The notes below the pieces were generated by a model, which saw only the letters and a program-made list of their open reading frames with translations, searched no databases and was not told the DNA's origin. A program made the translations under genes and the position numbers. Source: Azolla caroliniana (taxonomy: Eukaryota; Plantae; Polypodiophyta). From it: DNA of 64,000 bases. The stretch lies in the NCBI GenBank assembly GCA_043228905.1, contig JBHGNT010000020.1:6200001-6264000 (forward strand), in the 5' to 3' direction. Below, in pieces: positions 11,459-24,194 of the stretch (position 1 is the first letter of the stretch; every line of letters begins with the position of its first letter).

Positions 11459-14400
11459 GGAACTGCATTTCCCTTACCGGTCGACTTGGATTTCATTATT
11501 TTCTTCTCCGACTCCCAGTCGGAGAGCCTCTTGTCCTCCATGAAGATAATATCTCGACTCCGGAATACTTTCTGGTCGACTGGGTTCCACACTCGGTAGC
11601 CGAACTCATCGTCGCCATAACCGAGGAATATGCATGGCCGGGTCTTCGGATCTAACTTTCCTCTTCGGTCCTTAGCTACATGCATGTACGCAAGACACCC
11701 GAATACCTTCAGATGCCGGTAGGACACTTTCTTACCGATCCAGACTCTCTGCGGCGTGTCCCCGTCCAAGGGTAGTGAGGGTGATCTGTTTATCACATAT
11801 GTCGCCGTCGACAATGCCTCAGCCCAAAACGTCTTGGGTAATTTTGCATGTGCCAGCATACTCCGGACCCTCTCCAATATGGTCCGGTTCATCCTCTCGG
11901 CCAGCCCGTTTAGTTCCGGCGTCTTCGGCATGGTAAATTCGAGCCGGATTCCCTTCGAGCGATAGTACTCCTTGAACTGCCCCTTGTATTCTCCTCTGTT
12001 ATCTGCTCAAACCGCCTTCAGCTTCCGACCGGTTTCTCTTTCCACTCTCGCGTGGAGCTCTTTGAAGATGGATAGCACCTGATCCTTCGTCTGCAATGGT
12101 GTGGCCCATAGCTTCAATGACTTTCCGGGCCTGAGACACTATCAAGCTCCCTTTGCTGAACTTCATGAAACTGTTCCTGATGCTAACCGTGTAGCCTTCA
12201 TCATCTAGCCGACCGACTGATATCAGGTTTAGTCGAACCTCCGGAACGTGTCAAACATCATTCAACAACATCTTGCATCCGGTTGATGTCGTCAACCACA
12301 CATCTCTTATGCCGACATTTCGGCATGTACCTTCATTCCACATTCGAACACGGCCGTGGTCACCGACCGAGTAGGATGAGAAGCATTTTCTATCCGGGGT
12401 CAGGTGGAACGACGCTCTGGAATCGACCACCCAGGTCATCTCGTCGCCGGCAAGGTTTAGTTCACTCTCCTCGGTGATGAGCATTAGCTCCTCTTCACTT
12501 GTCGTGATTGCCGTCGTTCCTTTCCGGTCCTGCGCTCGCCGATCTGAACCGTTCCGGTGACTTCTTCGAATCGGTACTATCGGTTTCCTTGTCTTTCCTG
12601 AAATGCCGACAGTCCTTCTGGAAATGCCCCGGCTTCCTGTAGTAGAAGCACGTGGGCCTCCCCCTTGACTTTGATCGTGTCCCCGATTTTTCCCAGTTTT
12701 GGGACTCCGGTTCCTTTGTCTTCCTCGTTTCGATTCGGAAAGGAGCGCTTTTGAGTCGGGGATCGGTTCCTTGCCCTTCCAACGCGCCTCCTCGTTCAGG
12801 ATGCTTGTCTTCACCGTCTACAAAGACAGGTTCTCTTCTTGGCAGGAGGTGCTGAGAGTAACCACCAAATTCTCCCAGTCTTCCGGCAACGTACACATTA
12901 GCATGATTGCCTGCATTGCATCTTCCAAGGGGAACTTGATCGCTGCAAGTTGATTTACATACCCCATGAATGTGCTGACGTGTTCAACCATGCTCTCGTC
13001 GTCTCTGTATTTCAGGTTTACTATTTTCCTCATCAATGAGGTTCTGTTGAGTGCATTCTTCCTCTCATAAAGACCCGACAGCTTCTGCCACATCTCGTGA
13101 GCATTTGTGTCGTTCGCCACATGCTGAAGGACACTTACGTCGACACACTGTCGGATAGTGGCCACGACTTTCCTATTCAGAAGCTTCCAATCCGACACCA
13201 ATACCCCCTTTGGTATTTTCGATCTATGGATTGGCTCGTACAGGTCTTTTACAATGAGAAGGTATTCCATCTTAATCTTCCAATTTGCATAGTTCTGTGA
13301 ATTTAGGACCATCATACCTGGGAAACCACTCCTGCCTCCTTCCATTTTCTATGTTGCTCGCTCTGATACCAGTTTGAAAGTTAAATCGTTGCCAGCCACA
13401 ACCGGTTTCTCGTGTGCGGAATAATAGTCAATCTAATGGAAACGAAAAATAGAATACAGAAATTGAGAATGACACAAATTTTAACGTGGAAACCCGAACT
13501 GGGAAAAAACCACGTGGAGTCCACAAACTCCGAAACAGAACACTATGAGAGAAAGGAATAAAATCAAAGATCTCAGAGGCAACGACCTCGAGATCCTACT
13601 TCGCCAACAGGTGGCTATGGAGCTCACATGCTTCCATTCACACTCGTTCACTCTCACAGTTATGGAGGCAACAACCTCGTCAACAATAACTTTACAATAA
13701 CGCGCACAACTAACATGATTGCCCTAAGTGCTTATATACTTATGTAACGTTTCGACTATTTACAAGTTTAGCCTTCCGAGTTGCTCATCAACATGGTTCT
13801 TCTCAACTTCCCATCCAGAGGGACCTGTTTCCTAACATCAACTTCGGCTGCCCTTCTTCCAGTGTGGCCCATCGATCTGGCTCTTCCAAATCAAACATTT
13901 CGATTGAATCAACCGACTTTGATTCACTTTGACTCTTTATCGAATCGACTATCTCTGATTCATCCACTTCTAGACCCTTGACGACATCCGCCCATGTGTT
14001 AGTCTTGGTCTTCACTTGGTCGGCTCTGTCCTCCTCGACTCTACCACCGTTCTTGCCCTTCACGGATTTTCCACCCCTTGGTTCAGTTGGCTCTCGCCTC
14101 CCCCTGGATCTGGCTATCTTATGATTAGCTGATCTTCTTCCATTTGTCCACACGTCCATTTCTTTGGCTGGTTGGACATACCGACTTCTTCAGTCGGACC
14201 GAAATCGAATTCATGATCCGACTCGGCTTTTTGGACTTCGTCTCTCTCTTCTGCTTCTTCACTCCTCCCCCTCAAGTTCAACACGTCAATATGCTGGAGG
14301 CCAAGCATACCCGAAATATGCCACAACTTGTCAAGATCGAGAGGTTTGGTGAAGATATCGGCAACCTGCCGATCAATCGGAAAATGCACTAGTTTGACTT

Positions 14401-15120
14401 CTCTAGAGAGGACTCACTCGCGGACAAAATGATAGTGCACCTCGATGTTCTTTGTTCGGGCGTGGAAGACGGGTTTCTTCGCTAATTGGATACTAATGAG
14501 GTTGTCGCAATAGATTATGGTTTGCTTAGACACCTCCACACGTAGATCCCATAATAGACTTTTTAGCCAAATGACTTCGCACATAGCGACAACCGCCCCT
14601 CGATACTCGGCCTCCGTGCTCGATAGTGCCATTGTCGGCTGCTTTTTATTGCTCCATGTGATCGCCGCACGTCCCAATGAAAATGCATATCTAAATGTTG
14701 ATCTGTGATCGCTGGCATTTCCGGCCCAATCAGCATCTGTAGCTGACTAACTGCTCGTCTACTCTTGCCTGATATAGCAATATCATGTCACAGACCAAGA
14801 CAATATCTTTGCGCGCATTGAAGGTGTTCGGTCTTGGGCTGTGACATGAATTAACTGATCAAGCCGACCAGATAACTAAGGTCCGATCGAGTGATCGTAA
14901 AGTAAATGAGGCTTCCGACAATCTATCGGAACCGTGTCGGGTCACACGCCTTTCCCGAATGTTGGTGAAGCTTCATGTTTCGGTCGAGAGGGGTCGAGAC
15001 GGATTTACAATTCGCCATCCCGAACTTGAAGAGCATATTCAACACGTAGTGGCATTGGCTGATCAATATGCCTTCGGGGGCACGGATCACTTCGATCCCG
15101 AGGAAGTAATGAAGGTCTTC

Positions 15121-18100
15121 GAAATTGATTTTGATCAAACAATTGTTCAACATGAAGATGAGAGAGACCGATCCGACAACCTCCCACATCAACACCTTCA
15201 GTTGGGTGTTGTCTGAGCTCTCATCACAATGGATCAACTTTGAAGAAGAATTGAAAGCCCTCACCCTTACCAGTTGGGTGTTGGGAGGTATTCTGCATGA
15301 CATACGCCAATAGCCGACTGATCCTGAATCTGGACGAAACAATCGGCCAAGTCCTCACAGAGGATATTTGGCAAAAATCGATGGGAATAACCATCGATGA
15401 GTCGGTAGAAGCTCATCACTTGACCGAGTCATTCAACCGATAGAGTCAAACGAAAGAACAAGCCGACAGAACTGGTCGACGCTACAACCGATCGAAAACG
15501 AGGGGAGACTTACAGCGGTCGAAGTAAAAAATAGGCCGATCAAGCGTGTACTGCACACATTACAAGAAAGCTAGCCACAATATTTCCTACTGCTGGTCAA
15601 TAAAGAGAAAAGAGAGTGGTTGGAGATACGAGTGGAATCGGGGATGTTCCGATTCGGACCACTCTCCAGTCAACAACCAGGTCAATGTTGCCGACACCTG
15701 ATCCAAAGAAATCCTCTCCCTAGAGGATTCGATGATCGGAGAATTCCTGTATAGTGCACAAGCTGCACACACGTGGCAACTAGACTATGGTGCCACATTG
15801 CACGTGACCCCAAACATTGAATGGTTTTCAAACTATTCATCCGACGCTAACGGCACAATCCGACTAGGAAACGGGCAGGAGTGCAAGATAGCAGAAACTG
15901 GAGAAGCTCCCATCATATTGCCAAATGGCAACATAATAACCCTGCACCAAGTTCGACATGTACCCAATCTAAAGAGGACTTTGGTCTCCATTGGCATGTT
16001 AGCTAAAGACGGGTGTAGAACGACTCTATACGAGTCAACATGGGTGATCAGCCGAGGAAACCTCAAAGTCAAGAGTGAGTACAAGTACAATAATCTGTAC
16101 CCATTGATGGCAATCAACCCTGAAGGGGCAACCCAAACCTATGGCATGGTCAACTAGGCCATATGTCACAAGCTAGACTTGATCGGCTGATATCGGTCGG
16201 CTACATCCCGAAACTCCAGGCAAAGACGGACTTCTGTGACCATTGTCGATATGGGAAACGGACACGAAGTCCGCACTCTCGCCACTATGAGATGGCACGA
16301 CAACCTCTAGAGCTTGTGCACACAGACATATGTGGGCCCATGCCACAACGATCATTAGGAGGATCCCAATACTTCATCACATTCGTAGATGACTGTACAC
16401 GTAAAGTTTGGGCATACTCCATCAAGTCCAAAGATGAAGCGCTCGAGATCTTCACTCGATGGATATCTGAAGTGGAGAACCGGTCGGGATAGAGAGTGAA
16501 GACACTCCGATCCGACAATGGAGGTGAGTACACCTCCAAAGCCTTCAAACAGTACCTGTTCAGAAAAGGGATCCGACACCAAAAGACCGTTCCCTACACA
16601 CCCATGCAAAATGGAGTGGCAGAACGGATCAACAAGACGATCCAGGAGAAGGTGATGGCAATGCTCCAACAAACTGGATTGAAGCTAGAATTCTAGGCCG
16701 AGGCATTGTAGACGATAGTGTACCTGATAAATCTGGCACGGTCAAAAGCAATCAGGCTCGAAGTGCCACAGGCACTATGGTCAGGCACACAACCGACCTA
16801 TGATAGGCTCCGTATATTCGGATGCGAAGCCTACGCGTTCATCCCCAGGGACAAAAGGACGAAGTTGGCACCCCATGCAACGATGTGCATATTTCTCGGT
16901 TATGGAACCGATGGGGACTTTGGCTGCAGGCTATGGGACCCTAAGAACCGGAAACTGATCCGGAGTAGTGACGTGGTCTTCAATGTAGACTCTATCTTCT
17001 CTCAAAGGAACCAACAGAAAACAGTTGGTAAGAAGGTATCCTTCGAAGTAGAAGGACCATCCCACAGGGATGAATCAAAGAGTCAACAGACAATTGAACT
17101 CCAACCAGCTGACTACTTCCCTGCCGACACTGAATCGGCAACAAGTCCCATCGTCGAACTCAAAGACAAAGTCATCAAAGACACAGCCGAATCGACAAGG
17201 ATCGACAAAGGCAGAGTCACCAAGAGGCAAGTTAGAAAAGAGTCGACGACAACCACATGGGAGAACAATCAGACACTGCCGAAATCCCAAATTGGGGGCG
17301 TGACACCTAACAAGACTCTTGATACAGATGGTTCAACAAATACCGATCGACCAGTAGAACCGATTGAAGGATTTGAACCCAACATCATGGTACCTAGGAG
17401 ATCTAGACGAGCTCGAAGGCAAACAAAGTTCTATCAACTTGGCCTCGACTACGTCAACTACACGGATGCAGGCGAACCAAGCACATATGAAGAAGCTATG
17501 GCCGCACCGGATGCCGAAACATGGCTACAAGCCATGAAATCCGAAATGGACTGGATTCACCAAAATCAGACATGGGAGTTAGTCAAACTACCAGCAAGAA
17601 GAAAGCCGCTACCTTGGAAATGGGTGTTCCGATACAAGTATGTATCCGACTCAGAGAAACCCAAGTACAAAGCTCGGCTTGTCACAAAAGGATTTAAACA
17701 GGAATACGGGGTCGACTACGACGAGATATTCTCACCAGTGGTCAAGATGACCACCTTCCGACTACTATTAGGATTTGTGGCGACAAAAGACCTCGAGCTC
17801 GAGCAAATGGATGTAAAGACGACATTCCTACACGAAGATCTGGAAGAAGATGACATTCCTACATGTCTCAACCGGCAGGCTTCACGGCGACAGGGGAGGA
17901 CAATCACCTCTTATGTCGACTAAAGAAAAGTCTATATGGCCTCAAACAAGCGCCGAGGATATGGTACCAGAAGTTTGACTCCTAGATACGACAGCTTGGA
18001 TACAACAGATGAGACTCCGACCCATGCATGTATGTTCGGCAACTGGCCGACGAGTCCAGAATCTACTTGATCCTATATGTCGATGACATGTTGATTGCAG

Positions 18101-19563
18101 GGAGCAATCAAGCAGAGATCAGTAAGCTGAAGCGGAGCCTTCATGCAAAGTTCGCGATGATGGAACTCGGACAAGACCGACACATATTGGGCATGAGGAT
18201 AGAGCGAAATTAGACAACCAAAACTCTCCAACTCTCCCAGTCCGAATACATCTACAAGGTGCTGAAGCGCTTCAACATGGAGAATGCGAAGCCAACATCG
18301 ACATTGCTTCCGACGTCGATCAGACTATCGGACAGAGACTCTCCTTCAATGGAGCAGGAGAGAGAGCTTAATGGAAAGATACCCTACTCATTGGCTGTAG
18401 GAAGTATCATGTACACAATGGTGGCGACCCGACCCAACCTAGCTTATGTCGTAGGGGTGGTCAGCCGGTACATGTCTAACCTAGGAAGGAAGCATTGGGA
18501 GGCCGTGAAGCACATCCTTAGGTATCTGAAAGGAATCACAGATGCACAACTGAATTTCGGATCTACAACCTCAACCGAAGTCGAAGGCTACACCGATTCC
18601 GACTATGCTGGAAATATAGATAATCGGAAATTGACATCAGGCTACATATTCACCTATGGTGGCGGTGCAATATCATGAAGATCAAAACTTCAAGAGTGCA
18701 TGACTTTGTCTACCACAGGTTATCTACCAACTTCGGAAGCAGCATCGAAAGTAGCGAAGGAAGCGATATGGCTGCACCGGTTATCTATCGACTTCGGAAT
18801 TGCAAGACGAATAGACCGACTAGTGCTGACCATCTATTACGACTCACAGAGCGCAATACACCTCATCAACAATCCCATCTACCATGCAAAGACGAAGCAC
18901 ATTGAGGTGCAGTGTCATCATATCCGGGAGCTCGTGACTGAGAAGAAACTCCAAGTCCGGAAGATCGACACCGAGGTGAACATCGCCGATTGCTTGAGGA
19001 AGCCACTCCCAGATCAACACTTTGGAACGCTAAGGATGAAGATGGGACTACGACAAGCGACCGAGCAGAAGAAAGCCGAACGAGGAGCAATAGGTAAGAG
19101 TTGATCAACACTCATACTATACCTCTGCCGACTCGACTTTATGCCGACAGACTTGCAGCATAAAACTCAGTTTAAGTTTACGGGGGAGATAACCCCAAGT
19201 ATTTGTATATGTATGAAAGAGTAGTCCTTTTACGGGGGAGTTTGTTGGCATAAAAGGCCGACTCCTTCCAAATTGTATCTGTGTGTGAACTCATCAATAA
19301 GTTAGGGCTTAGTATATAAGTGAATACCTAACATTGTATAGTGTGACGAGTGGAAGAGAGACGAAGAGACAAAGAACTTATTCTCTAGTTTTGTGTATTG
19401 TATCTGAGAGCGAGAGTGAGAACGAAGCAATAAAGTTTTTTTTTTTCATTAGAGCTTGCACTGTGTAATTCTACGCCTATTCTATTTTCCTTCTGCATTG
19501 TTTGTTGTTCATAACCGACAACAAATTCATACACGTTTCCGCAAAACGCACTCGTTATCAACA
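15121..19563 (+). mobile_element. 5'-truncated degenerate Tork-related Ty1/copia with 3' LTR 19243-19563
   Basis: Fragmented gag (LIKQLFNMKM), PR (LDYGATLH), IN (LVHTDICGP, RSDNGGEY), RT (YVDDML), RNaseH to 19104; PPT CGGGGGAG then TGTTGG. Confidence 0.88.
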
Positions 19564-19715
19564 TAAACTCCTTATGGGCATGTAATGAATATACATTTTT
19601 CCCTCTCATTTTCTATGCCATTTTTATTTCTCTCTTTCATTCTCGTTTCCTCACACGTACTCCCCCCTTGGGAGGTGGTTGAAGCCATTCTAGGCTTCAC
19701 CCCCACCCAACAACA
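19564..19715. repeat. Remnant end of an unidentified LTR
   Basis: Non-coding piece ending CAACAACA exactly where Bryco RT resumes. Confidence 0.45.
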
Positions 19716-21799
19716 CCAATATCCTTCATTTCGAATGATGCCGCAAGTTGACACTTTACGCGGTGGATTTCTCTAAGGTCAACTCCGGTGATGATTATAT
19801 CATCAACATAAAGTAGAATGCTTATCGGTCTGACTTAGGAGAATGAACAATGAAGAGTCTGACTTTGATGGAGCAAACCCCATTCTATGCAATGGCTACG
19901 TGTTTTTTGCGTTCTAGGCACGCAGAGCTTGCTTAAATCCATATAATGACTTCTGTTTGGATAGAAATCTGGGGAGTTGTATCATGTACACTTGTTCCTC
20001 AAGGTCTCCTTGCAGGAATACATTCTTCACATCCATCTAATGTAAGTGCCACCCCTTTGCTGCTGTTACGACCAGTAGTACACGGACACTTGTCGTCTAC
20101 ATAACAAGCGCGAAGGTCTCGTCGTAATAGATGTTGTGTTGTTGTACGTAACCCTTTGCCACTAATCAACCCTTGTATTGGTTGACCGATTCATCAGTGT
20201 TGTACTTCACCTTGTACATCCATCTGCATCTGATCAACTTTACACCTTTCCGTGTGTCAACCAGGTCCCAAGTCTCATTATCGGATAATGCTCGCATCTC
20301 TTCCTCCATCGCGGTACGCCAATTAGTGTTGTTTGCCACTTATGCATAGCTCTCCAGCTCACACACTTCGGCCACTTTCGCCATATACGCGTAATGATGT
20401 GCCATATAATCACTATACCCATATCTCTTTACATGGTTCTTCAAGCGGGTTGATCGACGTAATTCTTGATTCATTGATTTCACGGCCTTCTTGGCCGATT
20501 TCGACCTCTTCCTCGGAGGTTCCTTTTCGACTAGTTCGTAGTCAGATTCACTACGATCCAACTCGGAACGGCTGGTATCGTACTCCGGCATCTTCTTCTT
20601 TCCCTTCTCCTTAAGCGTAAACTGTCTCCTAGGTTCCTTGCGCGGGGACTACACGGTCGAGTCTTCACTACTCGCCGACTCTTCATTCGGCTGACCATCT
20701 TGGCTCAGCCCCTCATTTGGCCCACTCACCGGAAATCAGATCGGACTCTCTCTCGGAGCTCTGATTTCATCACTATGCGGAGGCATTTCGGCCTCACTAG
20801 CGTCATCCTCAGAATTCAAATTGCAATGCATGGGGGTAGGTGGTGAAGGCAGGTACCATGAAGCCGACTCATCGAACATGACATCTCGGCTCACTCGGGG
20901 GGTTATAACATTTACATACCCTTTTTGCTCATCTAAGCAGCCGACGAGGATACACTTTTCGGCTTTCGCGTCTAACTTCCTTCGTTTTTTCCTTCGGCAC
21001 GTGTACATACACTATGCTGCCGAAAACCTTCGACATCTTAAAAGAGGAATGAAATGAGGATCACGCCTAAAAGGCAATTTTTGTAATATTGTTAGTATTT
21101 TGTAAGTCGTGGGTCCGACGGACAAGGTCCTGTCCCACGGGCGTGCTAGGTGTTGTCCAGAGGATAGAAATGTAAAATTAGGAAATTAGCAAACGTCGAG
21201 TCTGAGTATCACGGGCCACCGACGACTCGGCTGTGTATTAGGGGAAAAGTTATTTAAACGAGGACCAGTACCTCAGAGTGAGGGAGAGAAGAAAAATATA
21301 GGCGGAAGCACTAGCTGAGTCCCTTGTAACTAGCTAATCTTGTAAGGTCACCGGCCGTAGGCCGTGTTCTGTAATCTCTTCTGTCGCAGTAATATATCTG
21401 AATTGTGCCCAGTTTGCTCCATGTGTCTGTCCTTTGATTCATACCTATGATTTGAGCGCCGCCCACGCCTGTCCAGATCTCGTTAGTGTTTTCTCTCTGA
21501 GCACTGTCTCTCCCTTGATGCCTTTGTTACGAGCCTTCACGTACCACGCCCTTGAATACCAATAGCCGCAGATCTATCGAATGTGTTCACCCAAAGGAAC
21601 GAGTAACACAATTTGGCACGCCCGGTTACAGATGTGAGTGCACAACGAACTTCGTTGAAGGTAACCACTAGCCGCCGTTACGGCGCCCTCTCGCACTACG
21701 AGGTCTCGGCCACCCGCCCGACGCCCTGAGCCAGTCGAAGGAACTTCCGACTCGGCGGTCACTGACCAATCCCTTCCCAAGCAATCAGAGGCTTCCCTA

Positions 21800-23990
21800 G
21801 TGCAATCCTCACCACCGGACACTCGATCGCGAGTTGATTCACCACCAAAACCCCTGTCGAGCCCTCCGGAGGTCAATCAACCGGAACTAAACCCTTTTCC
21901 GGTGCTCCCAGAAGACCTAGAGTACGACATCATGCCGTACCCATACCCACGATACACCGACGAACTAGACGCGGAGTCACACATCCGTGCCTTCATATCC
22001 ACGTGGCAGGCCAACCACTCAACGCACCGCCTCACACCAGCCGAGATCGATGCCTCAAAGATTGTCGAGTTCCCACTCTCTCTCGATGGACCGGCCGCAC
22101 GATGTTACTCTCGCCTCGAAATAGGAGAGGCCACCACTTTTCAAATCGTGCGCACAAAGTTCCTTGAACTTTTTCATCGCGAGGTGCCTAAACGGGAACT
22201 GCTCCGGCAATTCTTCTCTATATGCCAAGAACCGCACGAAACGGTTGCGCAGTTCACGATCCGGTTCCAGGATCTCTACCGACAAGTGGCCGATGATGTC
22301 TCGGCACAACATATACCGGACACTTTCCTATCCAGTTTATGAGAGCCTCTCCGAACGACTCTCGCACTTACAAATTTTGCCAACCATACCATCGAACAAG
22401 TCATAGTGCGGGTTCTCGCCCTCGATCGGACCCAACACGACGCGGCCTTCTCGATGACATCCTTGCAAAACGCACTTCCCCAAGAGGACAATCTCTTTCG
22501 CCAAGCCCTCCAATGCACGGCGTGTTCAAGATTAGAGCACCTGGCCCTCGAATGTCCCCACCGACCACAGTGTCTGATCTGCCAGTCTCGAGCTCACACT
22601 GTCGAGCAGTGCGAATATAATATGCTGAACCGCACAACGGCGGCACCGGTCCGCCAGATCGAGCCACGAAATACATACTCTCGGTAGGACGAGCGATATG
22701 TCTACCGAGACCAGGATAACGACCGACCGCGATCCCCGGATCGACGGCGCCGAGACGACGACTACCGACGTGATCATTATCGCGATGACCGGCACGACGA
22801 TTATGCTCGATATGATGACGATTGCGATGACTGGTATGACCGACGGAACTCACGCATTGATCGGCGAAACGGCAACCGCAACACTCGCAACAATAGAAGA
22901 CCTAACGACAACCGCCGACGGGACGCTCCTCAAAATAACCAGCGCAACTCCAACGCACCTTAGAACAACCCACCACCAAACGAGACGGAGAATCAACAAC
23001 AACAGCTTCCACACACAGACCGAGCGGACACCAGCAGCTCGGCCAACGTTACATGTTTTAAATGTAACCAACCAGGCCCCTACGCCACGCAATGTCCAGC
23101 TATGGGATGTTCTTACCAACTCCCGCATCTCGCTACCCCTACATAAACTGTTACCACTCATGCCGAGATTTCTGGACACCCTGGCAGCACTCCAGGCCAA
23201 TACTAAGCCTGTGACGCCACCGGTACACCTCACCGAAGCAGGAACCGGTCCACCACTCATGGATTCTTAGAACCCAGCCATGAGAATCATCATTAAGGGA
23301 CAAGACCTGCACGGATGCATCATCGATGGCGGATCTGGTGTAAACGTTATTAGCAAGTCAACGTGTCTCAACCTCGGCCTGAATCAATGGGAACCATGCC
23401 CCTTTTGGCTTCGGATGGCCGACACCCACTCCGTTCTCCCCATTGGTTTAATCCGCCATCTCGACTTCACACTCGGAGGCCACATGTTCACGATCTCGGC
23501 CGTCGTGCTAAGACTGGAGACACAAGGCGCCTACCCAATTTTACTAGGTCGACCATGGTTGCATACAGCGAATATCAAGCAACATTGGCAACGCAACATG
23601 ATCTCGTTCCGAAGAGGAAAGAAAAAAGTCTGAATCATCACTGAAGAACGAGTCCCCGTCGCCCTCAACACTTCGCCGTTATACGTGGAAGCGGTCCATA
23701 TGCTTGACGGGTTGGCCCATGAGGAGGTCGACGAGTTCCTAGATGATCATCCCACGATCATCCCTCTCTTCGAAATCAAAACCTTACCAACCATCGAGCC
23801 ATCTAAAGACAAGGAATTCACGGAGGAGTCACCACCCCAAGATGAACCAGATGCAACCACAGTTGCCGAGCTACGTCATGCTCGGGAGGCTTTCGAACGC
23901 GAACTCGCCATTTCACAACGAGTGAAAGCATCAACCCTAGAAACAATAAACCTCGGTTCGGACGAGAATCCTCGTACGTTACAAATTGCC
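21800..23990 (+). pseudogene. Gypsy A gag-protease (stops, frameshifts)
   Basis: MPYPYPRY gag motif, two Cys/His knuckles, RD-rich tract, DGGS protease. Confidence 0.88.
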
Positions 23991-24194
23991 TGTTGAGAGA
24001 CAAGCTCAACATCGTCCGGATCGGCTGAAGAAGCCGAGGACCGGATCGGTTAGGTCGAATGCGTAAACTGGTACGCAGACCGGTGCATAGGTAGGGCCGG
24101 ATCGGTGCATAAACCGGGAGGCCGTTAGGAAAGATATTCCGTGAGGAATATATTTGGGAGTTAGTGTAGGAGCTCTTAATGAGCATTGAAGTAC

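Larger units (their letters stand above)
3897..13837 (-). mobile_element. Degenerate, probably chimeric Tork/Tnt1-like copia hosting the 5085-10665 insertion
   Basis: 3' LTR 3897-4434 with adjacent PPT; RNaseH 4445-4771; RT to about 11017; integrase 11459-12110; gag 12250-13345; iMet PBS 13360-13371; 5' LTR 13375-13837. Confidence 0.8.
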
